A DNA stretch of 64,000 nt from Mytilus edulis (GCF_963676685.1 NC_092354.1:22940001-23004000); one strand, 5' to 3'. Counted from the stretch's first letter, positions 36,480 to 49,695 are shown. Program-made: numbers and translations. The notes: a model not told the origin generated them from the sequence alone.

Positions 36480-38303
36480 GCCTGCAAATATTGAGACCAC
36501 GCTTGTTAATTATGACTTTGAACAACGTAATAAGTACTTTACGGATGTATGTAGCACTGTCGTTCAAAGATTATGGCATACACTGAACACCAATGCTCTC
36601 ACAGTGGACAATGGGACTGGACCAGCCGTATTTTGTTGTGGAGAAGATTTGGAAGACGACACAATTGCATGCTCTGCAGGAACAAACTGTACACATGGAG
36701 AAGTTTTCCATTACATGTGTGCAGATATCGATCAGAACAACCTACCCGAAAACTGGCACTGCAGTGAAGAATGCAGAAACCGTACTAATTTGTACGCGTT
36801 TTGCCATTGCAGACAAAACTTGGGAAATGAATAGCAGATGATAGGTTGTGCGGCTGGATCTGCTTGTACAAACAGAGAATGGTATCATATGAAATGTGTC
36901 CATATCAATTCTGAAAATGTTCCAAAAGGCGACTGGTTTTGTCATGATGCCTGTAAAACAGCTAAGAGAGGCATGAGAAAGCGAGGAAAGAAACGTGTTG
37001 ACAAACCAAAACAGGTTTCGGATCATATTTACAACTATAGTCGTTCAATGGCCTGGCTTGGTTTGAATTATTGTGTAGACGAGATGCAGTACGGGGAGCA
37101 GATGGTAATGCAATGATTACACATTGGAAATTAGATCTTGTTCATTTCTTTGCCTCAAAACATCCAAAATATCTTATTCTGGCGCATATGTTACTGGCAT
37201 CAGTACATGGCTGGCTACCGGAGAAGTTACGGGAGGATATCATCCACAATCGGACAGTGAATTACGATGGTGGCATAGGGCGGAATTTGCCGATGGATTT
37301 CATAAATGAGATATTGAATAGACTGTTTAGCTGAGTTGTGCAAAAGGGCAGTACACTTGTGCAACCATACAACGTTGTAGTTACTTTAAGAGGCTTTAGA
37401 TACCGTGTTCGATTCACAAGTGGTGGAAAACGAATTGTACAGACATAGACGTAGGAGTGGTAACCGCGATGAAAATGTCAAACAATTAATTTCAGTCCTA
37501 CAAAATGATAAGTTGTTTGCATTTACAGTTGGTCGCAATCATAAAAGAGGGACGAAAGATACCAAAGGGACAGTCAAACTCATAAATCTAAAACAAACTG
37601 ACAACTCCATGGCTAAAAATGAAAAAGACAAACAGAAAAACAATAGTACACACGACACAACATAGAAAACTAAAGAATAAACAACACGAACCCCACCAAA
37701 AACTAGGGGTGATCTCAGGTGCTCCGGAAGGGTAAGCAGATCCTGCTCCACATGTGGCACCCGTCGTGTTGCTTATGTGATTACAAATCCGGTAAATAGT
37801 CTAATTCGGTAGGTCATATTCATGAAAGGGAAGGGGATCGTAGTTACGACGTAAGGAACATATCCGATATCATTTGTGAAACGGTTATTCCATAACGGTC
37901 AACCAACTCGTGATGGCGTCCGTAAAATTTACGAAGGGATGATTTCAACTTTACTATTTGGAACTCTTGGTTTAATAGCTTCCTTGTGAGCAGCAAACCT
38001 CTATCAAGAAAATCATGATAGGAAATTCAAGCACGGGAATATCGTATCAATTGGGAGATATATACCCCGTATGCAGGTGCTGCTGGAATGTTGCTACTTA
38101 GAAATGGAAAGTTCACAATTGGAAAGCTGAAATCATCTCTTTTGTCGTAAAGTTTTGTTTTCAACCGACCTAAGACATAAGGCGTTTCCTGATTTTCAGT
38201 TCAGCGAAAATCCCCGCAATCCTGGACAGTTTCAGCAGAAAATGATTCAACTATATAAAAAAAACTTGACAAAAGGAGACGAGTTAATTTAAATGATAAT
38301 TAA
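36480..38303 (+). pseudogene. Two PHD fingers fused to a DUF6589-like domain; frameshifted and interrupted by a Penelope-like element
   Basis: CC..IAC..C..FHYMC..WHC..C and CHC..MIGC..C..WYHMKC..WFC..C; RRDAVRGADG...HWK...F...HPKY...NRTVN..GG.GRNLPMD..NE.LN; reading resumes HKAFPDF at 38176. Confidence 0.7.
37545..38175 (-). mobile_element. Penelope-like retroelement 3' fragment (RT thumb + 3' UTR; probably an N-terminal-endonuclease type such as Naiad)
   Basis: GRLKTKLYDKRDDFSFPIVNFPFLSSNIPAAPAYGVYISQLIRYSRA*...; ORF ends at 37844 with no C-terminal GIY-YIG; CATAA duplication at 37540-37544 and 38176-38180. Confidence 0.85.
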
Positions 38304-38483
38304 AAGCTTATTTTCAACGGTCAATTTTGACGAGGTGTATTATTTTACATTGTTACAGTTTATTGATTAAAGGCGGGAAACTTTATCACGTGATATAGGA
38401 ACAACGTGTACAAAAATGTCCCTCAGCAATTTATAGAAACAATTGGATCGTTTTTAAGATGAAGTTTTCTTTGATCGTTTTCA

Positions 38484-39124
38484 ATGAAGGAAAGCTTTTC
38501 TGTTAACAGACAGCAAGGGTCGTTACCTAAAAGATGTTGTTCAGCCGCTGGACATATAGTGAATATTGTGTATAAGGGCGGGGCGAAATAGATGATGCGG
38601 TTTTATACCAGGATCTAAGACAGAAAATTACAGGTCTAGACGACCCATTAATTTTAATTTGGCTGGGAACTTGTGAGTTTACTAGAAAGACTGGAAGATA
38701 CATTTCCATCAATACAGAAAAATTCAGTATCCGATGTGCTAAATAAACTAGGTAACTTGAAAGAAAAATTCTAGCTGTGAACTCATCGGCTGAAATTATA
38801 ATTTTAAAGTGTACATCTTATTCGATTCAACATTACAATAAATATCATCACCATCCCGACAGTGAGTCGTTTCACGACGATGACTCCATTTTACAAGACA
38901 AAATTCAAGATTTAAACGACAAAATAGTTAATTTGAACACAAACTTTCCGGGACCTAATTTTTCATTGGATCTGTTAAAGAATACAAAAGTAAATAAAGG
39001 ACGGCGTTCAAAATATGTCTTTATGTTTAAAGACTTGTATAAAGATGGAATACATACATGTCCAACACTTTCAATGGTTTGGTTGAGAAAAATTCAGAAG
39101 ATAGTCTGTAAATTGTGTTTTTAG
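38484..39124 (+). pseudogene. SGNH/GDSL hydrolase-like ORF, frameshifted
   Basis: TDSKGRYL (block I), IWLGTCE (block III), DGIH (block V). Confidence 0.65.
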
Positions 39125-39159
39125 TTTTCAGGGGAAATATTTCCAACAACATTTCATAC

Positions 39160-39502
39160 GGGTGAATGAGGATTGGCTCGCTCACCCCCGCTGTATGAAC
39201 TCGTATGTCGAAATAAATTTATCGCCTCACCCGCTCTTACAACTAGAAATATATTGCTGCTGATGCTTAACAATGTGACAAGAAAATTTTTTGTTGAATG
39301 AGAATTGGCTCGCTCACCCCCGTTGTATGAACTCGTATTTTGAAATAAATTTATCACCTCGCCCGCTCTTACACCTAGAAATATATTGCTGCTGATGCTT
39401 AACAATGTGACGAGAGAACTTTTTGGTGAATTGAGAATTGGCTCGCTCACCCCCGTTGTATGAACTCGTATTTTGAAAGACATTTATCGCCTCGCTCGCT
39501 CT
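39160..39502. repeat. 132-bp tandem repeat x2.6
   Basis: ATTGGCTCGCTCACCCCCG at 39172, 39304 and 39437. Confidence 0.9.
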
Positions 39503-39689
39503 TGATCAATTGTCTGTTAGCGATGTGCCGACGTATAGTCATCAATGTGCTGATGGTTCGTCGTACAATGTAGATGTAGGAGAAATCGTAAGCTGTACCT
39601 CTTTATACAGTAAACGACAGATTTATTTTTCATAACCTGTGTGACGTAAAAAAACAATTTGTCATTTCATATCCTGTAAATTTCTGTGT

Positions 39690-41010
39690 TTAATAATTTC
39701 GATAAGATAATGGTCACTTATTGCATATGTACACACATGCGATTCCTCTAACCATATTTGGATTATTGACATCAATACGATCAATCAGTGTACTAGTATC
39801 TTTTGTTACCCGTGTGGCCTCTTGAGTCAGTTATTCAGCCATTTTTTAGGAGGTTTGTTTGGTGCTTTAAAATTAAAATCAACCATAATTGTTTTATCTG
39901 AATTCATTGTCATTGTCACTCTTATTTCTTCTTCAAAATTATCAACCAAATCTATCTATGGTGGCCCATACATAAAACATAATAAAAAAGTTTAATTTTT
40001 GTAATCTGATTTAATTTCAAACTACATTGTTTCTGTACCCCTTATTTCTATGTTGTTTTTTCTTAAAAATGTAATAGTTTCTGAAAAGTAAACAAATACA
40101 CCACCCTGACCTTGGGAAGTTCTGTCCTTTCTTTCAAATGCATAACCAGGTACTTGTAATTCATTATCAGGGGTGTGTTTTGTTAAAAATGTTTCACACA
40201 ATCCTAATACATCAAGTTGGTTATCAGAAAACAAGGTTATGTTTAATTTCTTCCTATTTACTTTCAAACCTATTAACATTGTAAGAACAAATCATAATAC
40301 CTTTTGATATACTAAAACCATAAGAATTAAAAATCTTATCATTAGCTGTCAATGCATGGTTTTCTAAATTGATTATATAATTTATACAAAGACTAATTGT
40401 TAAAATAAGCACAGAGGATGTTTTATGGTTAAGTTCACCACAGTTATCACATTCATCATGTGTATTGCTTATTCCTATTATGTTATCGATTGTTTTGATG
40501 TATCTTGATGTTCCTCTTGAATTGAAATGATTACCATTATGAACATAGAAATTATTGTTTTGATTGAAGCTGTCACGCATAAACATAAAGACAACAGTAG
40601 TATACCGCTGTTCAACACTCATAAATCCATGGACAAAAAACTTGTCCAAGGTGTTGACATAATCTTTCTAAAGCTACATTTGCCCTGTAAACATTTACAT
40701 CAATCCTGGGAGGGAGTCCTGAGACTATGTTATAGTCAGAGTTACTACAACTACGAGCTGCTAGAAGCAAAATTTCAAATTCAATTTCAAAATCATTCAA
40801 GGATTTTCCACCAGTTATATCGTTTCAACCAATTTGAAGAATAATATATTCTTATAAGCTTTCAAATCCATATTCATAATTTCCTTTGTTATTTTATCAA
40901 TGTGTGCCCATCTGAATGTTCTTATGTTTATTTTTGATAGGCCAGAAGATCTAATCCCTTTAAGAATTGATGATCCAATGATGAAATTTTCTCTGGACTG
41001 GTTGTTGCTA
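39690..41010 (-). mobile_element. Degenerate CR1-type LINE: esterase-like ORF1 end + APE endonuclease
   Basis: IIGSSILKGI, VSGLPPR; then CSYNVN, DVLGLCETFL, GYAFERKDR..GGVFVY, ATRVT...TLID. Confidence 0.75.
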
Positions 41011-41054
41011 GTTTTTGGATTTATTTAAAAATTGCCAAATTTTCCTGTAATTTG

Positions 41055-41662
41055 TACCTATTTTTCGGTATTCATTCTGATGTTACCTTTACTGATAATT
41101 TTTCACATTTTACTGTCAATTTTATTTGTTTATTGTTGTAATGATGTTACATTCTATCGGTCATTTGATCAAGATAATTTTTCAATATGTATTGACAATA
41201 GTATTAGAAGTTAACAGCTTAATTTGAACCAACCACAGCTTTATTTAAAAAGTGCAACATTTTTCTGTAAATTTTGCCACTTTTTGGATGATTCAGAAAT
41301 TACCTTCAAGATACTTTTTTCACATTTTACTGTCAATTTGACAATTTTTTTAATTGTAATGATGTAACTTTAAATCGGTCATTTGATCAAGATAATTGTC
41401 TAATAGGCATAGAAAATTGTATTAGAAGTAAACCAACCACAGCTTTATTTAAAAATTGCAACATTTGTCAGTAAATTTTACCTCTTTTTGGATTTTCATT
41501 CTGATGTAACCTTTACTGATAATTTTTTTCACATTTAACTGTCAATTTGACTTTTTTGATAATTGTAATGATATTACATTAAATCGGTCATTTGATCAAG
41601 ATAATTTTGCAATATGTATTGACAATATTATTAGAAGTAATCTTGAACCAACCACAGCTTTT
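41055..41662. repeat. ~213-bp tandem repeat x3
   Basis: TTTCACATTT(T/A)ACTGTCAATTT at ~41101, 41318 and 41527. Confidence 0.85.
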
Positions 41663-41673
41663 TCATTCGGATG

Positions 41674-42083
41674 TTCCACAGACGTTTGAAGCGTGGACTT
41701 CAATATGCTATCAAACTAAAAGCCCATTCAGATAATCCTGCCTACAGCTGTGTTTTTAATCCGATTTATGAAGATATTTTTGCAAAACATGAAAATAAAA
41801 TTCCTCCGTTAGGTATACGTTTAAAACCACATTTAGCTTCTTTTGATTTAAAATCTGTTGCTCAAGTTAAAACTTGCAAATGTCCTCCATGGGAACTTCC
41901 CAAACCAAAAATGATACTTAATCTCCGTGAACACAATAAAAATAAAACAAATCCTCTTTTAATTCAGCAACACTATGCTGAAATTAAAGCCGATTATCTA
42001 GATTTTTCAACTGTCTATACTGATGGATCAAAAGATGGTGATAAAGTTGCATCTGCTGCTGTCTTCAGGGACAGAGCTGCAAC
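41674..42083 (+). mobile_element. I/Nimb-clade LINE internal fragment (RT C-terminus to RNase H start)
   Basis: HRRLK.GLQY..KL....NPAY, PPWELP, VYTDGSKDGDKVASAAVFRDRAAT. Confidence 0.85.
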
Positions 42084-44423
42084 GGGGGCTTTTATAGCTG
42101 ACTTTGTGGTATTGGCTTTGCTTATTGTTGAAGGCCATACGGTGAGCTATATTTGTTAAGGTCTGTGTTATTTTGATCTCTTGTGGACGGTTGTCTCATT
42201 GGCAATCATACCGCATCTTCTTTTTTATATCAATTCAAACGAGAAAATTAACGGCCTTATTTATATAAAAAAAAGGAATGTTTTTCGAATTTTATTAAAA
42301 ATCTTTTATGGGGTTTCTTTATATAAGATACGGACTTGAACTTTGCATTATATGGGGGCACCCATCAGGTATTTCCAACCGTGACCCTCAAAACCAATTG
42401 TTAAACTTTTCTAAAATTGCTCCATTTTTAATCAATTAATGTATTATGGAGCTTCTATTTCGAATTGTTGGTAAAAATATTTTTGATGTTTCTATATCTT
42501 AAATACGGAATTGGTCATAACCTTATATTGGGCGTACCTATTTTATATCCACAACTTCCTTCAGACAAGTGTCATAACTTAATGAATCTTTTTTCAGATT
42601 CCTTATCATTTAATTCGATTGTGTACCTCTTATTTGGTTTTTCGAAAAATCATCTGTTTTTTATTTCCATGATAAGGACTTTTCCACTACCTTATCGGGT
42701 GGTACCCGTTTACTATACGCAACTTTCAAAAACTTACCATAAATTATACTAGTATTAATAAAACTTCCTCATATTCGTTATTAAATGATGCCCCTGTGCA
42801 CCTATAATTTAGTTTTTATGGTAGTTTATTTTATTCCAAAACATGGACTATAGAAGTGGCGGGGTATAATTTCGTTAATTATTTCCTCAATATCCAAAGT
42901 TTTTAAACTAAGTTTTCTCTATCTATTGTTTGTCATTTTAAAAGAGACAGGCTTGATGTCATTTTAAAAGAGACAGGCTTGATGTATGTTATCATCAATT
43001 GGTCAACGGCAGACGGTGTAAATAGTCTTTAAAAATGTAATAGTTAAACAGATAACTGCAACGACACACTAGTACAAAGTCCACAAGCGAATCATGTATT
43101 GCTTTTTATGCATTTGATTATAAGAAAGACTGATGGAAAAAAATATGATTATTTTGCCGTCTACAAAAATCATCAGAAATATTTTTGTATTGTCTGATGA
43201 AAGAAATTACGTTATAGTTCCAGAGACACAATCATAATTTCACATAGACACGTATACACCTTCAAAATGCCGTTGTTTTCATTCAAGGTCGTTAAAAACT
43301 TCCCTTTGTTGTTGTGATTTTTCTTCAAAATCACTACTGGTCATACAGACAAAAAATCGCTACTAGAATACAGTCAGTTTAAGACTGATCGTACAGTAAT
43401 TTATTTTGGGATCCTCAAGGAAAGCATATTTTTTATTTGAAATACGAACATTCTACTAAAATACGATAGGAATATTGAAACAGTATATATTTAACTGTAA
43501 ACTGATGCAAATATTTGCAATAAAGGATAATTTGCTTTGTATTACGAGAGCAAAATTGTCAATCGATTTCACTTTTTTCTATGAAGTTGGTGTGATGCAC
43601 ACGTATATTTTATATTCTACTGCATGTTTTTGTTACAGTTACTCATATTTATGATGCTATACATACACTTAAGATGTGCAGAGCACTTTATAGATATAGG
43701 AGTAAACAAATGATGAGAAAAAGCACAAAAACAAAACCGTTCTGTTAGCCAGTTTGAAATCCTCGCTTCGAAAATCGCGACTTCCGGATAGCGTACAGAA
43801 TAGTATCAACACTGGTTATTGTTTGAATGAAGTGAGTCAATTGGTTGAAGAACAGTTAGTTCTGTAAAATTTGATAGAGGATTTGTAGAAGTATATGTTG
43901 AATTAATGGAAGCTGGTATGTCATTATTGCTCATTATAACAGGTCTTGAGGTAGATGTGTCAACATGCATGTACGAAGACTGCTGACTATTAGTTGACAT
44001 ATGCAAGGGTGACACAAAGTAATGAGAACCCAATGTGAGAGGTGGAAGAAATGATGGAACATAACTATTAGATGCTGAGAATTGCTTTTCATGCTGATTG
44101 CGATAATGATGCAACGGCTCTGCTGTTTAGGGCAAGGGTACTGAACAGGAAACATGGGCATTAACAAGTGGAGTGTAAGTAGGTTGCTGACTAGTAGTTG
44201 CTATGTAAGGAACGGGTGCAGAAGAGGTTACATGTGTGTTAACTAAGCCAGGATAATATTTTCTTGGTGGTATATTCCATAAACGTGTACGAATAGTACT
44301 GCGCACAGTGACCTGGACTGTTTATGCATCCATCACCTACAAATATTAATATAAATGTTGATTTTGTTTTCGATTTCTCTTATTTATATTGCACTGGTAG
44401 TTAATTAATATTGTTGGTGTAGT

Positions 44424-44553
44424 GAGAGCCTTGGTGTAGTGGTTTGTGCATCGGACTACTATCACAAAGGTTCCTGGTTCGATTCCCGTTCGGGAAGAAA
44501 ATTTCAGGAACTCGATTTTTGGCTCTCCCTTGACACCATTTGCGAGTATGGTC
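44424..44553 (+). mobile_element. SINE family B, 3'-truncated (tRNA head only)
   Basis: Near-identical to 19770-19900. Confidence 0.88.
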
Positions 44554-44579
44554 TACCTTTTAAATGCAACGATATCATC

Positions 44580-44907
44580 ACTGAAGTATGAAGTATGGCA
44601 TGTCAGATTGTCTGAAAAAACTGCCAGGGTTGATGGTAATCTCTGACATCTTCTGTATACCAACGTTTTTCTTATGCACTGGATACGTGTCAACGTGCTT
44701 CGCTAGTTCCTCTTGTGTGTCAAACCTGTAGTCACACAAGGTGCACCAATATGATCACTGTGTAGCTAGTAAATTTTCTTTCCTTATGTGGTTGACCACA
44801 TATTTGTAGGAGTTTATTACTGGTTTGCTCGTCTGGCACCTAACACACCCATAGGCATTCCCCCTCTTTGAAACCGGTGCTTTAGCATTCAGGATATTTG
44901 AAGCCAT
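44580..44907 (-). pseudogene. Double atypical C2H2 zinc-finger ORF with an internal stop
   Basis: Acceptor tgtttttcag directly before ATG; YGCVRC...NHIRKEN..*SYWCTLCDYRFDTQEELAKHVDTYPVH. Confidence 0.5.
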
Positions 44908-46692
44908 CTGAAAAACATAAGTTACCAACAATCAATCAATCATTTTTCGTCCATGTGACTGTGTGTATTCATTAATGGCCTAGTCCGGATATCTTCATTA
45001 CATCTACTTACACATCTCTCATGTAATAATTGTTGACCCTCTGCTTCTAAAGGTGTTCTTGTCTTGAGCCTCTCAGTACTATACATCCAGATTCTTCTGT
45101 AATTGTTTGGAGACCTCCTGCCGCTATTGAACTGTTGCTTAATTCCACTAGTACTGTCATGACAGTCCCGTTTATAGGTGTTGATATTTCACGTCTATAA
45201 ATAGCGTTGTCCGACCTTGCTGTGAAATCTTTAAGTTGCCGGTTTTCTCTTTATCGGCATTTTCTTCATGACCCTCATTCCTTCTTTCCAGGATATTTGC
45301 CGTAGGTTGATTGATTTCTTCATCAGCATAATCCTCGTCTTTATGGTTCACATATCTCCATTTCTGAAATGTATCTTTATCTTTTTGTAACCCTTGCTGG
45401 CTTTTTTTTTACCCTTGCTGGCTTTTGTTTTCCCGTGTTTTCGTAATTCATGCACGTTTAACAATAGAATTTCTTTCTATCTTTTCTTCAAAACCGATTC
45501 GTTTTTTTTTAATTAACTTGAGAAAATCATGTTCACGTAAACTAATAATTCTACTTCTAAAAGTTTGAATCTAAAACATTAAAAATTCAAAATCGCTTGA
45601 AAATTTATAACAGTACAGTTCACTAAATTTTATTCATCAGGCTGTATAGTTCGATCTCACGAAATAACTCGCAAGTTTAATAAACGAAGCTATATCGCAC
45701 CGCCAGCCACCACTCTATATGTCACGGGTTGGGTAGCATGTACGTGACACATTTAACTCTACTAATAAAAACGAGGTTGTTGTTCATGGGATTGGGAAAA
45801 TATACGTTAATCAAATCGAGAAATAATGTAATACATGTATACAATCAATGATTTATTGAAATTGTTGCTATTTTTTATTACAGGATTTCCAAGTGTTACA
45901 ATAAAGTTAATTTGTTCTTTAGTTGTCTTTTTCTTTACTTTAACTTCATCAACCAAACTTTTTGTCTTCTGTGTACGCTTAAACGTGTAACATGAAAATA
46001 ATGCCAGATTTATATAAATTTCATACTTTTGATTTATATTAAATGTAAATTTACAGAACATCACGTGTACTACTAATGAAAAGTTCGATCATGTTAGTAC
46101 AAATAGGTTTTAAGTTACCGCTGTTAGTTACCAACTATCACAGTAAGGTATCAAACACCGCAGTTACAATACCAAATTTATGTACAGAAAATTTCAAGTT
46201 TGAGAAGAGAAGTTGCGTATGTTTTGCACAGAATGTTCCAGATTTATATCTAATTCAATACTACCTACACATGTACCAGAAAATCATGCTTTTACACACA
46301 CCCACTCACACACAATTAGAGAACATCTATGTAACATTTAAATAATAGAATGCATTTACAAAACAATGCTATACAACAAATTATGAATAAATTAACAACA
46401 AATTAGCCCTTTAAAGAGATGTGTGGCATTAATTGTTTCAAATGTTTTCTTTTATACAAATTAAAGTTGAGACCTTTTGTTTCGATCATTAAAACTAAGT
46501 ATATAATTGTACATCTACATGCCGAAGAAAATCTAATAAAATATATCTCAATCAATAATAACAATGACACATTTTTTAAGCGTATCAACTGTGAATGAAA
46601 TTGCAGTAAATTGCAAATAAAATGTAACATATTCTATAATTGAACACGGATCAGTGTCTATACTAAGTATAATTGCTGCAACCAACATAAAA

Positions 46693-47500
46693 CTAACTGC
46701 TGTCCATCGTATGATCGAGGCTAAAACACTTATTGTGGAACCATAATTCACATCGGTCGCACTTTATCATGTCACTGAATACCTCTGGCATGTTACAAAT
46801 GCAGTGCAGCCTCAGTTGGATATCTTTGCATCCTACATTAGACCGAAGTTTATGTGCAATTTGCGGAAAAGATGTAATATCGCCTTTCCCAAAAGAGCGC
46901 AACAAGTGAGAGCGAATTTGGCTTAGATTGAAGTTAGCAGAAAGGACACCTTGGTGTCCCTTTTCACAAACTCTACCAAGAATGCAATACACATTACACC
47001 ACAATCAACACTGTTTCTTTGCTGCTGAATAAATGGCATGTTAATATTGAGTAGATTATCCGTGTGACCGTATACCGCTGCAAGTTGTATTTGCAAGGAT
47101 TGCGATAAGGCCTCGCGTGCACTTCGCATGCTGTCAATAAGGTATAACGATTGACTGTCAACTGACTTGTATGACAAGACCCAATGACCTTTTCCTGTGT
47201 GGCGTATTTGAGCTGATGGTGGATATGCATGTTGGAACTTTTTTTCTTCGTAATAATGCCATATGTTGGCTTTTTCTTCGAAGTACGGAGCAAGGACGGT
47301 TGCCTCAAGACCATCCATTCCCACATACTTGTCATCGATCAGTTTCAGTGCATTGTTCATAACATCAGATTTTAGGCTTTGTCCATAATTAAGATCACCA
47401 AAATCATCAGTTTGGATAAAGAAATCGGTGGGTGGACACCAGAGTGGAGATGAGGCAGGGCTTTGGTGGAAGCGTTCTTCAGTGCTTTCTGACATTATCT
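46693..47500 (-). pseudogene. Ulp1/C48 SUMO-protease domain + C-terminal PHD finger, frameshifted
   Basis: HWVL (His), IDSM (Asp), QQRNSVDCG (Gln/Cys); CIC...MIKCDRCELWFHNKC. Confidence 0.8.
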
Positions 47501-47689
47501 CTTCTATTTTCTCTGCCGATTCTGTTGTTTTTCGTTAAGGTGTTGGGTGGAAAGAGGGCAGAGTGAGTGTGACCCTCTTTCTTCTTTTTCTTTCAATCTG
47601 TTTTGATCCAAACTTTGGCGAAACTGATGCTTCGGGAACAGGTGGTAACGTATCATTAGTTTCTTTGATCTTTATATACATTGTCAGAA

Positions 47690-48215
47690 CATAAGGATTT
47701 TGTATATATGGCACATCCGTAAAAGGGAGGACCATTTTGACTTGTGCTATCATATCTTATCATATTGAAACCTGAAATAATGTAGGTTTGATCATCATCA
47801 CTTCCTTGCAAGCGTGTCTCTGATAATGCAATAACATCTGCTTCTAATATATTTTATTCTTTACGAAGCTCATCAATATGTAAGTGTAAAGATCTGGTAT
47901 TATGGAAGACAATAGTGAGTTTGGATATACTATTGCTAATGATATTCTGTCAGACTTAATTGAGCATCTTCTCTCATTCTTTCCATTTCGAATATGACTT
48001 CTGGACTAACAGCTAATTTCTCTTCATTAAGTGCAAGAATATTTAACCCAGACATATTTTTTTTGCTCTGCTTATACCGACTTAATGCATGTGCTGATTT
48101 CGTCTGCTTCCAAAGTGGACTGCAACAGTTTCAAGAGTTGAACCCTGTGATTTGTGAATGGTTTTAGCTGTTGACAGTCTTATCGGAAACTGTCTCCTTA
48201 GAAATGTGTATTCCT
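47690..48215 (-). mobile_element. Helentron (Helitron2) RepHel remnant: PIF1 helicase C-terminus fused to APE endonuclease
   Basis: RRQFPIRLSTAKTIHKSQGSTL, VGISRAK (PIF1 motifs V/VI) then FHNTRSLHLHI, ADVIALSET, GF..IRYD, YGCAIYTK. Confidence 0.85.
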
Positions 48216-48983
48216 GATTGTTGACTACACAACATTTCCATGAAATCTCAAATATAGGAGTACATTCTGTTGATATGCCGCAGAGGTCGACTTGGGGCTA
48301 GTATGGACACAACATTCAAACTGAATACAGCTCTGAATTTGGATTGTGATTAAATATAGTTGACACAGCAATGGTTTCTGACACAATGAATGTGGTCTAA
48401 TGAACTTAATTTTAGTTGTTGCTTTTAAGCAATTCAGTATGCTGTTGAATATCAATCCTTTGATATTTGAAGAAATTTTCTTTTTCATTTCTGAGATCTC
48501 AGGTGCTCCGGAAGGGTAAGCAGATTCTGATCCACATAAAATGTTTTGGAGTTAAGCATGACGTCCATTTTCACTGTCAAACTAGTTCACATTTACGTTT
48601 AGGGGCAATCTGGAGACCTCCTCCGGGTGCATGTTTTTATGATGACCCATTGGTGGTCTTTATCTGTTTTCTGCATTTTGTAGGGTTGTTGTCTCTTTGA
48701 CACATTCCCCATTTCCATTCTCAATTACATTTGTAAAGTTTTGTCAAATAACTAATTAAAATGATGATACGCAGCTTTTTATCTCACCCAATAGAGAATT
48801 AAGAAAGTTCAGGCTCCAATTATGCATGCTTTTAACTCGATTTGTATGCTTGGTTCAGTGTACAGAATTATTGTGAGAAGAACATACGTTTAGTTTGTCT
48901 TTAAGCAACTGTGTTTGTACTTAATTAAATAGTGAATTATTCAACTCTTAAGATCGTGGGAAAACTGGTAAACCAAATATAAC

Positions 48984-49086
48984 TTTGTAAAGTTTGGCGC
49001 GTTCTTCGTAAGGTATCTGTTTGAGTGTACGAGTTCACGACAACAGCAAATGTGCTTGTAAATAGAAACAATGAATACAGGTACAT
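48984..49086 (-). CDS. Candidate first coding exon of a secreted precursor (signal peptide + RxxR site)
   Basis: MYLYSLFLFTSTFAVVVNS-YTQTDTLRRTRQTLQ; only a weak donor GTTATA. Confidence 0.35.
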
Positions 49087-49695
49087 TCTTGTGACAGTGT
49101 CAATGTCAAGAGAAGAAGTCGAACTGGTTGCTAAAGTTATTTTCAAGGCGCCTGTTTGCTTGAGTCCTACCCATAAGTCGTGTTAAAGAGAAACACAAAT
49201 GAAAATACTTTAATACAGAAACAAATAATATTGTTGTATCATGAATGTGAAATTACAAATATAATCGCTTATTTAAGTAGAACAAATGTATACAAGGCTA
49301 TTTTTAAATGATTGGTAGTTAGTTATTTGTTTGTATTATGTCCAGTGGCAAATGTTTCATGACTTTATTAATAGGAAACTTCGATGAAAATGGATGTACC
49401 ACCAGAATGATATCGAACTTAGTATTTTCGAATTATTCTTAAATCACATTTTGTCCATTTTTATCGAAGTTTTAAACTAACAAAAGTCCTTTTAACATAA
49501 AAATAATTATCACTGATTGAACAATTTTACTTTATATATCAATAATATAAACTTAAACTCGCCAATTTTCGAGTTTTATTTAAAAATTTAATGCTTCTTT
49601 TTGTAACTTCATATTGGGGTGTACAGTTTTGATTGTATCCGTAACCTCAATACGTGAACATTATTCTGTTTGATGAGAGACTGCCCTGCTGTTGA

